Positions 17,857 through 28,673 are shown, counted from the first letter of the stretch. The stretch is DNA of 64,000 nucleotides from Candidatus Bathyarchaeota archaeon (GCA_963826715.1 CAWGYA010000008.1:352001-416000); one strand, 5' to 3'. Notes: generated by a model from the sequence alone, not told the origin. Program-made: numbers and translations.

Positions 17857-18257
17857 AGTGACTTAGCTCCTTTTAGGTCTTCCAGCCAAACACCGCGACC
17901 ACTAGCTATTTCAAAGTCCGGGCTGCCACATTTGGGGCATTTGACATAACTGTGGGCAACTTCGGGAACGAAGTGGATAGCTTCAGCGGTAACTTTATCG
18001 AATTTTTTAGTATTATACTGCCATTTAGCATTGCAGACTCGGCATTTAAGTGTGGATTTAGCTTTTAGAATTCGAAATGTTGCTTTCTTCAGTTTACCTG
18101 CTCGAAGCTGTTTGAGGGCAAAACGTAGAATTAGCGGCTCAACCTGCTGCAAATCCCCAACACGTATCGTGACTTCTGAAACCGACTCTAACCCTTCTTG
18201 ATCAGCAATCTGTTCTGCTGTGGCAAGAATGCCTTCAGCTAATGCCCATTCATGCAT
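17853..18257 (-). CDS. hypA: Hydrogenase nickel metallochaperone HypA
   Basis: MHEWALA N-terminus, CRVC and CPKC zinc sites, GRGV. Confidence 0.95.
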   Translation of the reverse strand: MHEWALAEGILATAEQIADQEGLESVSEVTIRVGDLQQVEPLILRFALKQLRAGKLKKATFRILKAKSTLKCRVCNAKWQYNTKKFDKVTAEAIHFVPEVAHSYVKCPKCGSPDFEIASGRGVWLEDLKGAKSL

Positions 18258-18369
18258 AAACTTAGAGAGCCCAACGGCTCAATAAAAGAATACCGCAAAA
18301 TATACTCCACTATGCAGAAAGGATTTAACTTTAAATTGTAACACCCACGTAACCTTTATTCGGGTTTAA

Positions 18370-18936
18370 ATGACTAGAAAAATTCAAATCCTCGCTTTCG
18401 CAGGGAGCCTCCGCGCAGGCTCCTTCAACAAAGCTCTCGTCCAAGCCGCCATCCAAGTTGCCCCGCCATCAGTTTCCATTGAAGTTTTCAATTTAGAGGG
18501 TATCCCTCCCTTCAACGCAGATTTGGAAACAATTCCGCCAACAAGAGTAGTAAAATTTAAAGATAAAATCCGCGATGCAGACGCATTGCTTATCGCAACT
18601 CCTGAATACAACTACTCGGTCAGCAGCGTCCTCAAAAATGCAATCGACTGGGCTTCAAGACCCAAAGCAGATAATCCTCTGGAAGGCAAACCGGTTGCGA
18701 TTATGAGCGCCTCAACGAGTAAATTCGGCGGAGCTCGCGCCCAGTATCATCTGCGACAAATATTTGTATTCCTAAACATGCAGCCAATTAACAAACCTGA
18801 AGTCATGCTCTCTGACGCCGCGCATAACGTGGATGTCGTTGGAAAATTAACCAACCAAGAAACTCTAAAGCTTATAAAGCAATTAGTTGAGGCCGTGGCA
18901 GCGTGGACAATTAAGTTACAAAATAAACCCGAATAA
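18370..18936 (+). CDS. NADPH-dependent FMN reductase
   Basis: GSLRAGSFN, TPEYNYS...LKNAIDWASR, GGARAQYHLRQ. Confidence 0.92.
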   Translation: MTRKIQILAFAGSLRAGSFNKALVQAAIQVAPPSVSIEVFNLEGIPPFNADLETIPPTRVVKFKDKIRDADALLIATPEYNYSVSSVLKNAIDWASRPKADNPLEGKPVAIMSASTSKFGGARAQYHLRQIFVFLNMQPINKPEVMLSDAAHNVDVVGKLTNQETLKLIKQLVEAVAAWTIKLQNKPE

Positions 18937-19022
18937 TTCATCGTCCTTACCAAGCTGCTTTCTTGTTGACTGTGCAAACCCTTAAAATGGATAGTGATCA
19001 CGTAGGAATTGGCGTGAATTAG

Positions 19023-20315
19023 ATGAGAATTATAGCAGACCTGCATATTCACGGCAGATACAGCCGCGCAACCAGCGAGCAAATGCATATAACCGAAATC
19101 GCAAAATACGCAAAAATCAAAGGACTTAACTTAGTAGGCACAGGCGACTTCACTCATCCCCTCTGGCTTCAAGAAATCCAAGAAAGTCTTACCCCAGAAA
19201 ACACTACAGGACTACTAAAAACTGCCAAAGCAGATTCGCCTGTGCGATTTATTCTGCAAACTGAAGTGTGCACCATCTTTGACTATAAAGGGGAATCAAA
19301 AAAGGTCCACCACGTAATCTTAACACCTAACCTAGAAACAGCACAACAGATTAATGAGCGTCTCAAAAGATATGGCGACTTAGCCTCTGACGGCAGAGCC
19401 ATCCTTGATGCCACCGCTCCTCAGCTAGCTGAGGAAGTCATGGAGGTCAGCGGCGACAACATGATTTTCCCCGCCCATGTATGGACGCCATGGTTTAGCA
19501 TCTTCGGCGCTTTCAGTGGCTTTGATTCAGTTCAAGATTGTTACCAGGACATGACTAAACACATCCATGCATTAGAAACAGGACTATCATCTGATCCAGC
19601 GATGAACTGGAGGCTGAGCAAACTTGACCGGTTCACTCTTGTTTCTAACAGTGACTGCCACAGTTTCTGGCCATGGCGCATCGGCAGAGAAGCCAACGTC
19701 TTTGATCTTCCAGACTTTACCTACAATAATGTGATCTCGGCTATTTCGGACAATGATCCAGAACGCTTCAAGTTTACAATTGAAACTGACCCCGCCTATG
19801 GAAAGTATCACTGGACAGGACATCGCAACTGTAAAATTGCTCTCTCGCCAGAGGAAGCTATCAAATTCGGCAACATCTGTCCCTCATGCCGTCGCAAACT
19901 AACAAAAGGGGTTGAGCAACGCGTAGAGGAACTTGCCGATCGACCAGCTGACTTTAAACGCGCCAATGTACCGGGTTTTAAGCGGCTTCTGCCTCTCTCC
20001 GAAATCATTGCGGCTGTGATTGGAACTGACTCACCTGCCATTCAAGCAGTCTGGAAACCCTATAATTTGCTGATAAAGCGCTTTGGAGACGAATATAGCG
20101 TATTGTTGGATGCTCCCTTAGGTGAGCTGACAAAAGTTGTGGATACGCAGTTTGCTGATGCAATTGTAAAAGTGCGAGAAGGTAAAGCGGAGGTAAAACC
20201 TGGCTATGATGGCGTATATGGACAACTGGTACTGGGAATAGATCCGTTGAAAGTTAAACCTAAACAAACCTCTGCCCCCACGGTGCAACAACGCAGTATG
20301 ACCGATTTCTGGTAA
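19023..20315 (+). CDS. Endonuclease Q family (PHP domain + Zn finger) with C-terminal PIP box
   Basis: ADLHIHGRYSRATS, GTGDFTHP, ETGLSSD, SNSDCHS, GKYH..GHRNC, CPSC, PGYDGVYG; QRSMTDFW. Confidence 0.9.
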   Translation: MRIIADLHIHGRYSRATSEQMHITEIAKYAKIKGLNLVGTGDFTHPLWLQEIQESLTPENTTGLLKTAKADSPVRFILQTEVCTIFDYKGESKKVHHVILTPNLETAQQINERLKRYGDLASDGRAILDATAPQLAEEVMEVSGDNMIFPAHVWTPWFSIFGAFSGFDSVQDCYQDMTKHIHALETGLSSDPAMNWRLSKLDRFTLVSNSDCHSFWPWRIGREANVFDLPDFTYNNVISAISDNDPERFKFTIETDPAYGKYHWTGHRNCKIALSPEEAIKFGNICPSCRRKLTKGVEQRVEELADRPADFKRANVPGFKRLLPLSEIIAAVIGTDSPAIQAVWKPYNLLIKRFGDEYSVLLDAPLGELTKVVDTQFADAIVKVREGKAEVKPGYDGVYGQLVLGIDPLKVKPKQTSAPTVQQRSMTDFW

Positions 20316-20617
20316 AAAGGATCTTAAAACAAATGGAGCTAAATACCCTATCAGATTGAGTCCAATTTAAAAAATGTGACTGCAAAACTATTGAAGTTTG
20401 ACAAGCATACCATTTACCATCCACATCTGAACACGCGCATCCTAAGGTAATAGAACCAATTTCAGAATGGCAACGTTGCCAAAAGAGTGCGACCTATCCA
20501 CCTATACCGCATATTATTAAATGCCTTATCCACCTCAAAGGTTATTTTACACATAGAGTCATCAATTGAACACCCCGAAGAGCACAATCATTTTATGCCT
20601 AAGTTTAACTCATGTAA

Positions 20618-22021
20618 ATGCGGATTTGGTTACTCTTGAAAGAGCTTCTGAACAGATTAACTAATACAGCCTCGTCTAAGTTTGGCGCAGAATACGCTGA
20701 AGCCCGAGCACAACACTTAACCAAAACCATGCTCACTATAAAAGAGGAAAGGGTAGAGGCCGCCAAACAGGGAATTGAAAATGGCGTGGCCATCCGAGTC
20801 CTAATCAACGGTGCGTGGGGCTTCGCTTCCGTTGGCTCTTTGGACCCCTTGATTTTAGAAAACGCAGTTTCAGATTCCTGTCGAATGGCAAAACTTGCAA
20901 GTACAAGGTTGAAAACCCCGATTAAGATAGCAGTAACCAAAGTTGTGGAAGACCATGTCGTTGCAAACCCCAAAAAAAACCCCTCTGAGATATCCATAGA
21001 GGACAAAATCAAAACCGTGTTAGCAATTAACAAAACCAGTCTTGCCTTTGACCCTCGCATTAAGAGCTGCGGAGTTGACTATATGGATATGATGAGCAAC
21101 AGCTTTTTTGTTAACAGCGAAGGCACTAGCATAGAACAGGATAAAATCTATGTTTGGGGACGAATAACCGCTTCAGCACAAAGCGAAGGCATTTTCACTT
21201 TCAGTCGCGAAGAAATCGGCTCTACTACAGGTTATGAACTCTTTGATAAAGAACCCCCTGAAGTTATTGGTCAAAAAGTAGCTAAACGTGCCATAGAGCA
21301 ACTAAGGGCTAATCCACCTAAAGGAGGCAAATCCCCAGTTGTCTTAGGTCCTAATGTGGTAGGGGTTTTTGTACACGAGGCATTTGGGCACCTAGCCGAA
21401 GCCGATTTAGCGCTTTCAGGCGGATTACTAACCAGTTACATGGGCAAAAAAATCGGTTCCGACTTAGTTACATTCTACGACGACGGCACAATCGAGGGCT
21501 CCTTTGGCGCCTTCAAATATGACGATGAAGGAGTCGCCAGCCACAAAACCCTACTCATCAAAGGAGGCGTTGTTAAGGGTTTGATGCATAACCGCGAAAC
21601 CGCCTATAAATTTGGTGCAACCCCTACAGGAAACGCACGCGCTGAAGATTTCCGTGTTGAACCTATTATTCGAATGCGATGCACTTACATGGAACCTAAA
21701 GACCACACCTTCGAGGAATTGCTGGAAGGTATCAAGTTAGGCTATTTCTTTAAAAGTTTCCGCGGAGGCCAGGCGAGTCTTGATGGCACCTTCCAAGTAG
21801 GAATTCAAGAAGGATATGAAATCAACAACGGTGAAATCGGTGCCCCCGTCCGAAACGCATCCATCAGCGGCAACACATTAGAAACCCTGCATAAGGTGGA
21901 TGGCGTAGGGAAAGACTTTGCTTTAGAACCTGGCAGATGTGGAAAAGGCCAGACGGCATTTATCTGTGATGGTGGACCGCACATTAGAATAAATGAGGTG
22001 ATTGTCGGTGGCAGCGCTTGA
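20618..22021 (+). CDS. tldD: TldD metalloprotease
   Basis: [38 protein letters not shown]. Confidence 0.92.
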   Translation: MRIWLLLKELLNRLTNTASSKFGAEYAEARAQHLTKTMLTIKEERVEAAKQGIENGVAIRVLINGAWGFASVGSLDPLILENAVSDSCRMAKLASTRLKTPIKIAVTKVVEDHVVANPKKNPSEISIEDKIKTVLAINKTSLAFDPRIKSCGVDYMDMMSNSFFVNSEGTSIEQDKIYVWGRITASAQSEGIFTFSREEIGSTTGYELFDKEPPEVIGQKVAKRAIEQLRANPPKGGKSPVVLGPNVVGVFVHEAFGHLAEADLALSGGLLTSYMGKKIGSDLVTFYDDGTIEGSFGAFKYDDEGVASHKTLLIKGGVVKGLMHNRETAYKFGATPTGNARAEDFRVEPIIRMRCTYMEPKDHTFEELLEGIKLGYFFKSFRGGQASLDGTFQVGIQEGYEINNGEIGAPVRNASISGNTLETLHKVDGVGKDFALEPGRCGKGQTAFICDGGPHIRINEVIVGGSA

Positions 22022-23372
22022 AAAACACTTCATGATTGATTTAGCCGAAAAAGCAGTAGCTTCTGCATTGAAGCTGGGCGCGGCTGAAGCTGAAGCCTAT
22101 GTGTATGATGGGCAAGCGATCAACATTGGCATCGACCTTGGGCAAATCAGCAAATCCAACCGCATTATAGACCGCGGAGTGGGTATTCAAGTCATCCAAG
22201 GCAAGGCTAAAGGATTTGCGTATACAAACATCATAGACAAACCTACCAGTATAGAAAAAGTTGCTGCAAATGCATTGAGTTCAGCAAGAGCAAGCAAACC
22301 CGACATTGACTGGCAGGAACTACCGCAAAAGAAACCCTACAGCCTAACACAACAGACCTTTGATCCAAAAATCATGGAACTCATCCCCGAAGATCTTGTA
22401 AATATTACAGCAACTATGCTTGATGCCGCAAATGTAGTTGACAAGCGGGTTTTAGCCATTGAAGGAGGAGTCGGCAGTGGATTCGTCGCAAATGCTATCG
22501 CCAACTCAAATGGCATATCAGCCTATGACCGTGGTACAATTGTTGAATGCAGTTTGGCTACATTAGCAAAAGACGCCGGCTCAGTTACGCCAGTATGTTT
22601 CGAATTCAATGCAGCACGAAACTATACCCTAGATCCAGTTTGGGTTGGCAGAGAAGCCGCAAAACGGGCTATTTCAGCCTTAAAACCTAAACCTGCCGAA
22701 ACAAAAACCGCCAAAGTGATTCTAACACAGTTTGCCCTTCAAGATCTCCTTGCCTCTACATTCATGGGGGCTATCAAAGCCGATAGCGTCCAACGCAACC
22801 AATCACCGTTCAAAGAAAAACTCGGTGCGCAAGTCGCTTCAGAAAACCTAACCATCATCGATAACGGTTTGTTCCCCGCCGGGTTACGAACCTCAGTTTT
22901 CGACGGCGAAGGAATTCCACATCAAAAAACAGTAGTTATCGAAAAAGGCGTTCTGAAAAAATTTCTCTACGATAACTACACTGCCAGAAAAAGCGGAGTG
23001 GAAAGCACAGGCAACGCTTCACGACCAGGTTACCTCTCAACATCTATCATCGAAACCACAAACTTACATATCCTTCCCCAAAACCAGACTCCAGAGCAGA
23101 TGATTTCAGGAGTCGACGACGGTTTCATCGTCTATTACCTACAAGGAGCTCACAGCAGCAACCCCGTAAGTGGTGAATTCTCAGTTGTCGCAACACCTGC
23201 ATGGAAGATCCGTAATGGTGAAATTGTGCATCCCTGTCAAGGCGTTATGCTTGCAGGCAACATCTTCGACTTGCTCAAAAACATCTCTGTTGTCGGCACC
23301 AACGAGCGGCAGATGGGCTCCTTGATTGGACCATGGATTACAGTGGACAAACTTCGAGTAATCGGCAGATAG
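22002..23372 (+). CDS. pmbA: PmbA/TldE protein
   Basis: [18 protein letters not shown]; no HExxH; overlaps tldD. Confidence 0.9.
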   Translation: MSVAALEKHFMIDLAEKAVASALKLGAAEAEAYVYDGQAINIGIDLGQISKSNRIIDRGVGIQVIQGKAKGFAYTNIIDKPTSIEKVAANALSSARASKPDIDWQELPQKKPYSLTQQTFDPKIMELIPEDLVNITATMLDAANVVDKRVLAIEGGVGSGFVANAIANSNGISAYDRGTIVECSLATLAKDAGSVTPVCFEFNAARNYTLDPVWVGREAAKRAISALKPKPAETKTAKVILTQFALQDLLASTFMGAIKADSVQRNQSPFKEKLGAQVASENLTIIDNGLFPAGLRTSVFDGEGIPHQKTVVIEKGVLKKFLYDNYTARKSGVESTGNASRPGYLSTSIIETTNLHILPQNQTPEQMISGVDDGFIVYYLQGAHSSNPVSGEFSVVATPAWKIRNGEIVHPCQGVMLAGNIFDLLKNISVVGTNERQMGSLIGPWITVDKLRVIGR

Positions 23373-23374
23373 AT

Positions 23375-24583
23375 TTAGAGTTTTGCCCAGAAACTCTTTG
23401 AGTATTCACCTATAACACCTTCGTAGATGTGTTTGGTTTGCTGGGCAATTTTTTCCCAGTCATACTTCTCCTGCACTCGTTTGTAAGCGTTATCTCGAAT
23501 GAGACCAGCAAACCCCTCATTCTTCAACACCTTAGTTATACCCCAAGCAAGCGAATCAGGATTATTTGGGTAAACTTTCACCCCTGTCATTTCATGCTCA
23601 ATGATCTCCGACAAGCCGCCTGTATCCGACGCCACAACAGGACTTTGCGCCGCCATAGCCTCCAGCGCCACAATGCCAAAGGGTTCAAACAAAGAGGGTA
23701 CAACTGACACATCCGCTACCCTTTGCAACTTAAACAGCGTTACCTCATCGAGGAAGCCTTCAAAAAGCACCTTATGCTCCAACCCCATGCTACGAACAAT
23801 ATTTAGAAGTTGCTCTTTCATGTAGCCACTGCCAACAATTATAAATTTAGCATTGACTTTACTGAGGATTTTGGGCACAGCATTAACAAGAACATGAATT
23901 CCCTTCTCATACACTAGTCGCCCCACGAAGAGCACGATTTTTTCTTCAGGCAAAGCAAATTTACTACGGAATTTATTGCGGTCTATATCGCTGTCGTAGT
24001 TGTGGATATTGACACCGTTAGGCACCATAACCAACTTATCGTTGGGCAATCCAAAAACATAACGAACATGCGATATCATGTAATTACTGCAACAAATAAC
24101 CTTCCAAGCCTCATAGGTGAGCCACGCCTCAGTTTCATGAATCATCTTTTCAGCAGTGGTGTGTAAGCCGTCGCGCCTACCCATTTCTGTGGAGTGCATC
24201 GTTACCAGTAATGGTTTTCTAAAAACATGTTTAAGTCCGATACCGGCGTTTGCCACCAACCAATCATGTGCATGGATAACGTCAATTTTATTGCCGAATT
24301 TCTTCATCAATGCCGCAGTTTCCCGCTGCATGTTCATGTTCATCAGGTACACCCATGTGGCGAAGTCAGGAGAGGGATTCTTGTAAGAGTCGATTCGATA
24401 GACTTCTACGCCGTCTATGACTTCATGCGCTGGAGCTCCCGGAAAATCGCAGGTTACAACATAAACCTTCACACCTTGCTTGGCTAAGTGTTTAGATAAG
24501 AAGTAAATATGGGGTGATATACCCCCGATGACTCTGGGCGGATATTCCCAAGTCAGCATCATAACAGATAGTTTATGTTGCAT
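23375..24583 (-). CDS. Glycosyltransferase family 4 (glycogen synthase-like)
   Basis: WEYPPRVIGG, HAHDWL, HSTE.GR, FVGRLVYEKG, PSLFEPFGIVALEAMA. Confidence 0.92.
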   Translation of the reverse strand: MQHKLSVMMLTWEYPPRVIGGISPHIYFLSKHLAKQGVKVYVVTCDFPGAPAHEVIDGVEVYRIDSYKNPSPDFATWVYLMNMNMQRETAALMKKFGNKIDVIHAHDWLVANAGIGLKHVFRKPLLVTMHSTEMGRRDGLHTTAEKMIHETEAWLTYEAWKVICCSNYMISHVRYVFGLPNDKLVMVPNGVNIHNYDSDIDRNKFRSKFALPEEKIVLFVGRLVYEKGIHVLVNAVPKILSKVNAKFIIVGSGYMKEQLLNIVRSMGLEHKVLFEGFLDEVTLFKLQRVADVSVVPSLFEPFGIVALEAMAAQSPVVASDTGGLSEIIEHEMTGVKVYPNNPDSLAWGITKVLKNEGFAGLIRDNAYKRVQEKYDWEKIAQQTKHIYEGVIGEYSKSFWAKL

Positions 24584-24584
24584 G

Positions 24585-25202
24585 TTATTTTGCCTCCGCA
24601 ACATTACCATAGAGTTTTAGAACATCTTCTATCCAAGAACCAGAGGTGATTGAAATAACGGCGATTTTTTCCTCGGGAACGTTATAAATTCGCATAACCT
24701 CCTCCTTCATCCACTCGGACTTGACCATTGTCATCTTAGCCTCGAAAAATCCCAACCACTCAATGCTTTTTATAGCCAAATTATATGATGAATTTGCCGT
24801 AGGTGATCGGTGGTCTTCTAAGCTTTCAACCGAGTAGACAAAGGGGATGCCCAACCCTTTTTTGAGGGTAACAGCAGCAGGGATAAAGTGCCAATCAAAC
24901 ACATCTATTAAATCGATTTTCCGGTTCGCATCGTAGTAGACATTTGCGGCAGTACGTTCGACCTCTTGGTTCAGGGTAAGTACCCAGGTTAGGACACCAA
25001 TGTGTGTTTTCACCGGGTTTGTGACACGCATAGTTTTGACTCCGCTAGGCTCAGTTGTTTCGCCTGTGATGCGGTCATCGTAGGTAACGACGGTTATATC
25101 CACTTTGTTTGCAGCAAGCTGGGATGTTAAAGATTTAACATATCCAGAGAGTTGTCCGACCACCCGAGGAGGGTACTCCCACGAAAAAACTATAGCACGC
25201 AT
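24585..25202 (-). CDS. GT4 N-terminal (acceptor) domain-only protein
   Basis: WEYPPRVVG, FDWH; lacks the C-terminal EPFG donor-binding domain. Confidence 0.75.
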   Translation of the reverse strand: MRAIVFSWEYPPRVVGQLSGYVKSLTSQLAANKVDITVVTYDDRITGETTEPSGVKTMRVTNPVKTHIGVLTWVLTLNQEVERTAANVYYDANRKIDLIDVFDWHFIPAAVTLKKGLGIPFVYSVESLEDHRSPTANSSYNLAIKSIEWLGFFEAKMTMVKSEWMKEEVMRIYNVPEEKIAVISITSGSWIEDVLKLYGNVAEAK

Positions 25203-25209
25203 ATTTTCA

Positions 25210-25479
25210 CTACGTAAATAGTGAACAAACCTTAATTATTCCTCGACCATTGAGATAGTAACGTTTTTTGCCTTCATTATCAATGAACCCTTCAGCAAAA
25301 CCTTCAGACTTGTATCGGTCCAGAATACTTTCAATTTCGTTAGGATCTTTCTGCAATAACCTTGCCACTTCGTCTCCTCGTCTAGCCAAGTCAGCTGCTG
25401 TAGCACATAGGTTGTGGAGTGTCTGCAGAACCTTGTCTGGAAACGGAAGTTCTTCCCTCATATCTTTTGCACCGTACAA
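25210..25479 (-). CDS. Small wHTH-like protein
   Basis: EVARLLQ...IESILDRYKSEGF...KRYYLNGRG; in an operon with GH57/GT4 genes. Confidence 0.6.
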   Translation of the reverse strand: MYGAKDMREELPFPDKVLQTLHNLCATAADLARRGDEVARLLQKDPNEIESILDRYKSEGFAEGFIDNEGKKRYYLNGRGIIKVCSLFT

Positions 25480-25528
25480 TCAGATAGTACGCCAATTTGG
25501 TTTATAAACGCATATGAGAAAGGCGCAA

Positions 25529-27100
25529 CTACGAAAGTTGAGTAGCTTCATTAACCTCTTTAACTTGGGATACGAAACGTTTCTTGGCTACGGCAAGAAG
25601 ATTATTTCTTAGTTCCTCACTTGTCTGCTTGGTCTTTTTCAACGTTTTAATGCTGTCGGCGAGTTTCGGGTCCCGAAGGGAGAACCGCGCCCAGCTTTCA
25701 AAATCGCCGTTGCTAACATGGAAATTCACTGCTTTGACATCTACAACTTCAAGACCACTAACAAAGCCTTTCAGACTCCAAGCCATAATACCTGTATCAT
25801 ATTCTCTACCAATGCCCGTATGGAACAGAAAAGGTTCATTTGCTGTTAAAATAGCCAGACGCAATCTAGCTTCGAAATCGTTGATTAGTGTTTGAGCAGC
25901 AACAAAAGCATCCATCGGTGATTCGTAAGGGCTAAAGTATGAATGCACTTCACCTGGACCGCCTCCAGCGGTGAACATGTAGTAGAGATGATCACTAGTC
26001 TGGAAGTCCCGCCAAAGTTTCAAAAAAACCTCATCATCTGCCTCTTTGATTAGAGGCTCAAGTCTACGTATAGTCGTGTAATACGCCCATTGCATAACGT
26101 TACCTAACCAGCCGGACTGGTCCCTTTGAATATCAGCCCATGAAACAGTTCCCTCTGATTCAGGCACATCCAGTTCACCCTCTGAGGCATGTTTATCCAA
26201 TACTTCTGAGGGCGTCACCATCTGTAAGTGGTCATATTTTAACAATTCATCAGGAAGGTGCTGTAGAAAACTATGTATGCCAGTTTCGGGCCAATGGTGT
26301 TCGCCGAAGGTTTCATAGTCAGGAAATATGTTTATCACTTCACCCTTGGTTGTTGCAAGCCAGCCAGCGTATTTTGAGGCTGTTAGGGGCCACTCAGGCC
26401 ACCAACGAGCGGAAAAACGGAAGCCAATGTCATCCGTCAACTTGTAGTTACGCAATAACACGCGGATTTTTTTAGACCCTTTCGGTGTGTAAATATAGTT
26501 GGGTGACTTTCCACCCAGAATCTTCTCTACGCCCTCTGTGAAAATGCCCTCGTAACCCATGTCCTCAACGGTTTTAGCGATAGTGTTGTTGTAAAGTAAT
26601 TCAGTATTCTCGAAAACCGTTGGAGTATAACCAAGCAAGTCTTTAACGATTTGTTTATGTAGTTTGGATTGGGCAATAAATTCTTCTTTTTCAGGGTATA
26701 GACTAGCAATAGAATGGTAATAGGTTTGATTTAGAAATTCTGCGCAACCTGTGGCCGCGAGTTGACGAAAACTTTCCAATAGGTCTTTATCGAACATTTC
26801 GCATTGCTCTAAAAACACTCCTGAGACACTAAAAGAGAACTTGGCTTGTTTTCGACACCGCTTATAATTATCTATGACGTCGAGGATTATTTGGTTTGAA
26901 GGAAAATAGCATTTACGTGCTGCACGCTTAAAGATTTCACGGTCTACCTCGGTGTCAAAATAGTAGTTAAAGAGTTCCTCTTTGGTTTGACGGCGAAAAA
27001 CTTTACCTTCCCAAAATAGGTTTCGCCGCAGCCGATGAGGTTGATGCACCTCAAAGACGAACACAACATCAGTCATAACACTTGCCTCTAAACCAAACAA
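25529..27100 (-). CDS. GH57 alpha-amylase/glucanase with C-terminal DUF5752-like domain; likely start ATG 27076
   Basis: FEVHQP, QTYYHS, NTELLY, FPDYETFGEH, QTSDHLYYM. Confidence 0.92.
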   Translation of the reverse strand: MFGLEASVMTDVVFVFEVHQPHRLRRNLFWEGKVFRRQTKEELFNYYFDTEVDREIFKRAARKCYFPSNQIILDVIDNYKRCRKQAKFSFSVSGVFLEQCEMFDKDLLESFRQLAATGCAEFLNQTYYHSIASLYPEKEEFIAQSKLHKQIVKDLLGYTPTVFENTELLYNNTIAKTVEDMGYEGIFTEGVEKILGGKSPNYIYTPKGSKKIRVLLRNYKLTDDIGFRFSARWWPEWPLTASKYAGWLATTKGEVINIFPDYETFGEHHWPETGIHSFLQHLPDELLKYDHLQMVTPSEVLDKHASEGELDVPESEGTVSWADIQRDQSGWLGNVMQWAYYTTIRRLEPLIKEADDEVFLKLWRDFQTSDHLYYMFTAGGGPGEVHSYFSPYESPMDAFVAAQTLINDFEARLRLAILTANEPFLFHTGIGREYDTGIMAWSLKGFVSGLEVVDVKAVNFHVSNGDFESWARFSLRDPKLADSIKTLKKTKQTSEELRNNLLAVAKKRFVSQVKEVNEATQLS

Positions 27101-27227
27101 ATACTATGCTACGCTTATTTCTAACTTATGCTAAATAGGAAATTCTGCTCTGAAGTTGAATTTGTTTTTTGGTTGCACCAATGAAAAAAGCTTTAATGAT
27201 TATTCATAACTATTAATCAATGAGCGA

Positions 27228-28514
27228 TTGACAAAGGTGCCCCCAGGAAAAGAAGAAATTTACTCAATTATGTTCAGTTCACTTAAGCATCCCATACGCA
27301 GAAAAATCCTGCGCATCCTCGCTGACAAACCTTTAGCTTTCTCAGAGATGCTTGAGCTTCTTGGCATCTCTAGCTCAAACTTAACCTACCACCTTGAAAG
27401 CTTAGGAGAGTTAGTTTCCAAACACGAAAACGGTGTATATCGGCTCTCAACTTTTGGGCAAGCTTCCGTAAGCACTATGAAAATCGTTGAAGAAGCCCCC
27501 GATGGTCCAAACAAAAAACGCAACGGCATAGCCCGCAAATGGAAAATGGTAACAGGAATTCTCCTTATCACCGTAATTGTTTTTGCAAGTGCCGCTTCTT
27601 TGGAAATTAGCACGCTAAGCGAGACTATTAGCCAACGAGATGCACTACAAGTGCGCTACGACCAACTACTTTCTTGGACGACTACTACTGACAATGCTAT
27701 TGACTTTCTTCAGAATGTAGTCCAAATTGACACAGGTAAATATCAAGCCAATCTTCTTAGCCGAACCGTCGAGCAGCGAGCGGATTTAGGCGGGGTAGTT
27801 GAAGAGATAATGCGTTATTCGCTAACGAGTGAAAATAGCAAATTAGATGTTATATTTAGGTTCAGAGATAATCAGCTGTCACAGTATCGACTTGTTGTTA
27901 CTGAGGGCGCCCCAATCTATTCTGAGGCACAATCACATATTGCATTAGACGCCGCTAAGGGTGTTCTTGATAGATTTAGAGATTATGCAGGCGGTAGTTA
28001 TTTAGCAAACATGAGTCGGCTGCTTTCGCTGGTGAACACCCAGCAGAACATGGAAATAAAGGAAGGTAACATTAAACTAAACGCAACTGTCTCTGATGAG
28101 GATGCTCAAATTATCTTGATGAATACTGAAAATGGCGTTGATTTTTCTCCTAAAAGCTTAATTTTGGCGTATAAAGACCGCACGTTGACTGAGTTAACTA
28201 ATGACTGGTACCTCTTTACTGTCGGAAGCACCACTATAACCGTTTCTAATGAACGTGCCGTTCAACTTGCCAAGAATGCCTTAAGTGGTTACTCATGGTC
28301 AGCGAGTGGGCAAAGAATTTCAAACTTCCAAGTATTGTCTAGTCCCTTAACGGTGGTTTTCCATCCAAGCACCAAAAATGACGTGGTTCTTTATCCACAG
28401 TGGACAGTTACATTCTATCTAGACAAGGTATACTCTGGAGGGGTCTACAAAATTTCTGTCGGTGTGTGGGCTGATACAGGTGAGGTTGCTCAGATAGAGC
28501 CACTCAATATCTAA
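27228..28514 (+). CDS. ArsR-type wHTH + TM helix + large extracytoplasmic domain
   Basis: FSSLKHPIRRKIL...SSNLTYHLESL...YRLSTFG; TM VTGILLITVIVFASAA; long polar C-terminal region. Confidence 0.8.
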   Translation: MTKVPPGKEEIYSIMFSSLKHPIRRKILRILADKPLAFSEMLELLGISSSNLTYHLESLGELVSKHENGVYRLSTFGQASVSTMKIVEEAPDGPNKKRNGIARKWKMVTGILLITVIVFASAASLEISTLSETISQRDALQVRYDQLLSWTTTTDNAIDFLQNVVQIDTGKYQANLLSRTVEQRADLGGVVEEIMRYSLTSENSKLDVIFRFRDNQLSQYRLVVTEGAPIYSEAQSHIALDAAKGVLDRFRDYAGGSYLANMSRLLSLVNTQQNMEIKEGNIKLNATVSDEDAQIILMNTENGVDFSPKSLILAYKDRTLTELTNDWYLFTVGSTTITVSNERAVQLAKNALSGYSWSASGQRISNFQVLSSPLTVVFHPSTKNDVVLYPQWTVTFYLDKVYSGGVYKISVGVWADTGEVAQIEPLNI

Positions 28515-28673
28515 ACTTGTAGTTGAGTGTCTGTAACCAATTGAATCATGCTCGCACTACGCCTCACCTACTATATAGAAATCATCAACAAATTCCGCTA
28601 ACCAAACGCCTACCTCTTCCATTGCCCTCCACCGCATAGCAAAAATTTCTAAACCGCAACCGTTTAATAAGTA

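Noticed and set aside
8349-18936. Integrated element at tRNA-Arg
   Set aside because: The downstream DNA is patchy and partly AT-rich, but I saw no integrase, no transposase and no duplicated tRNA 3' end
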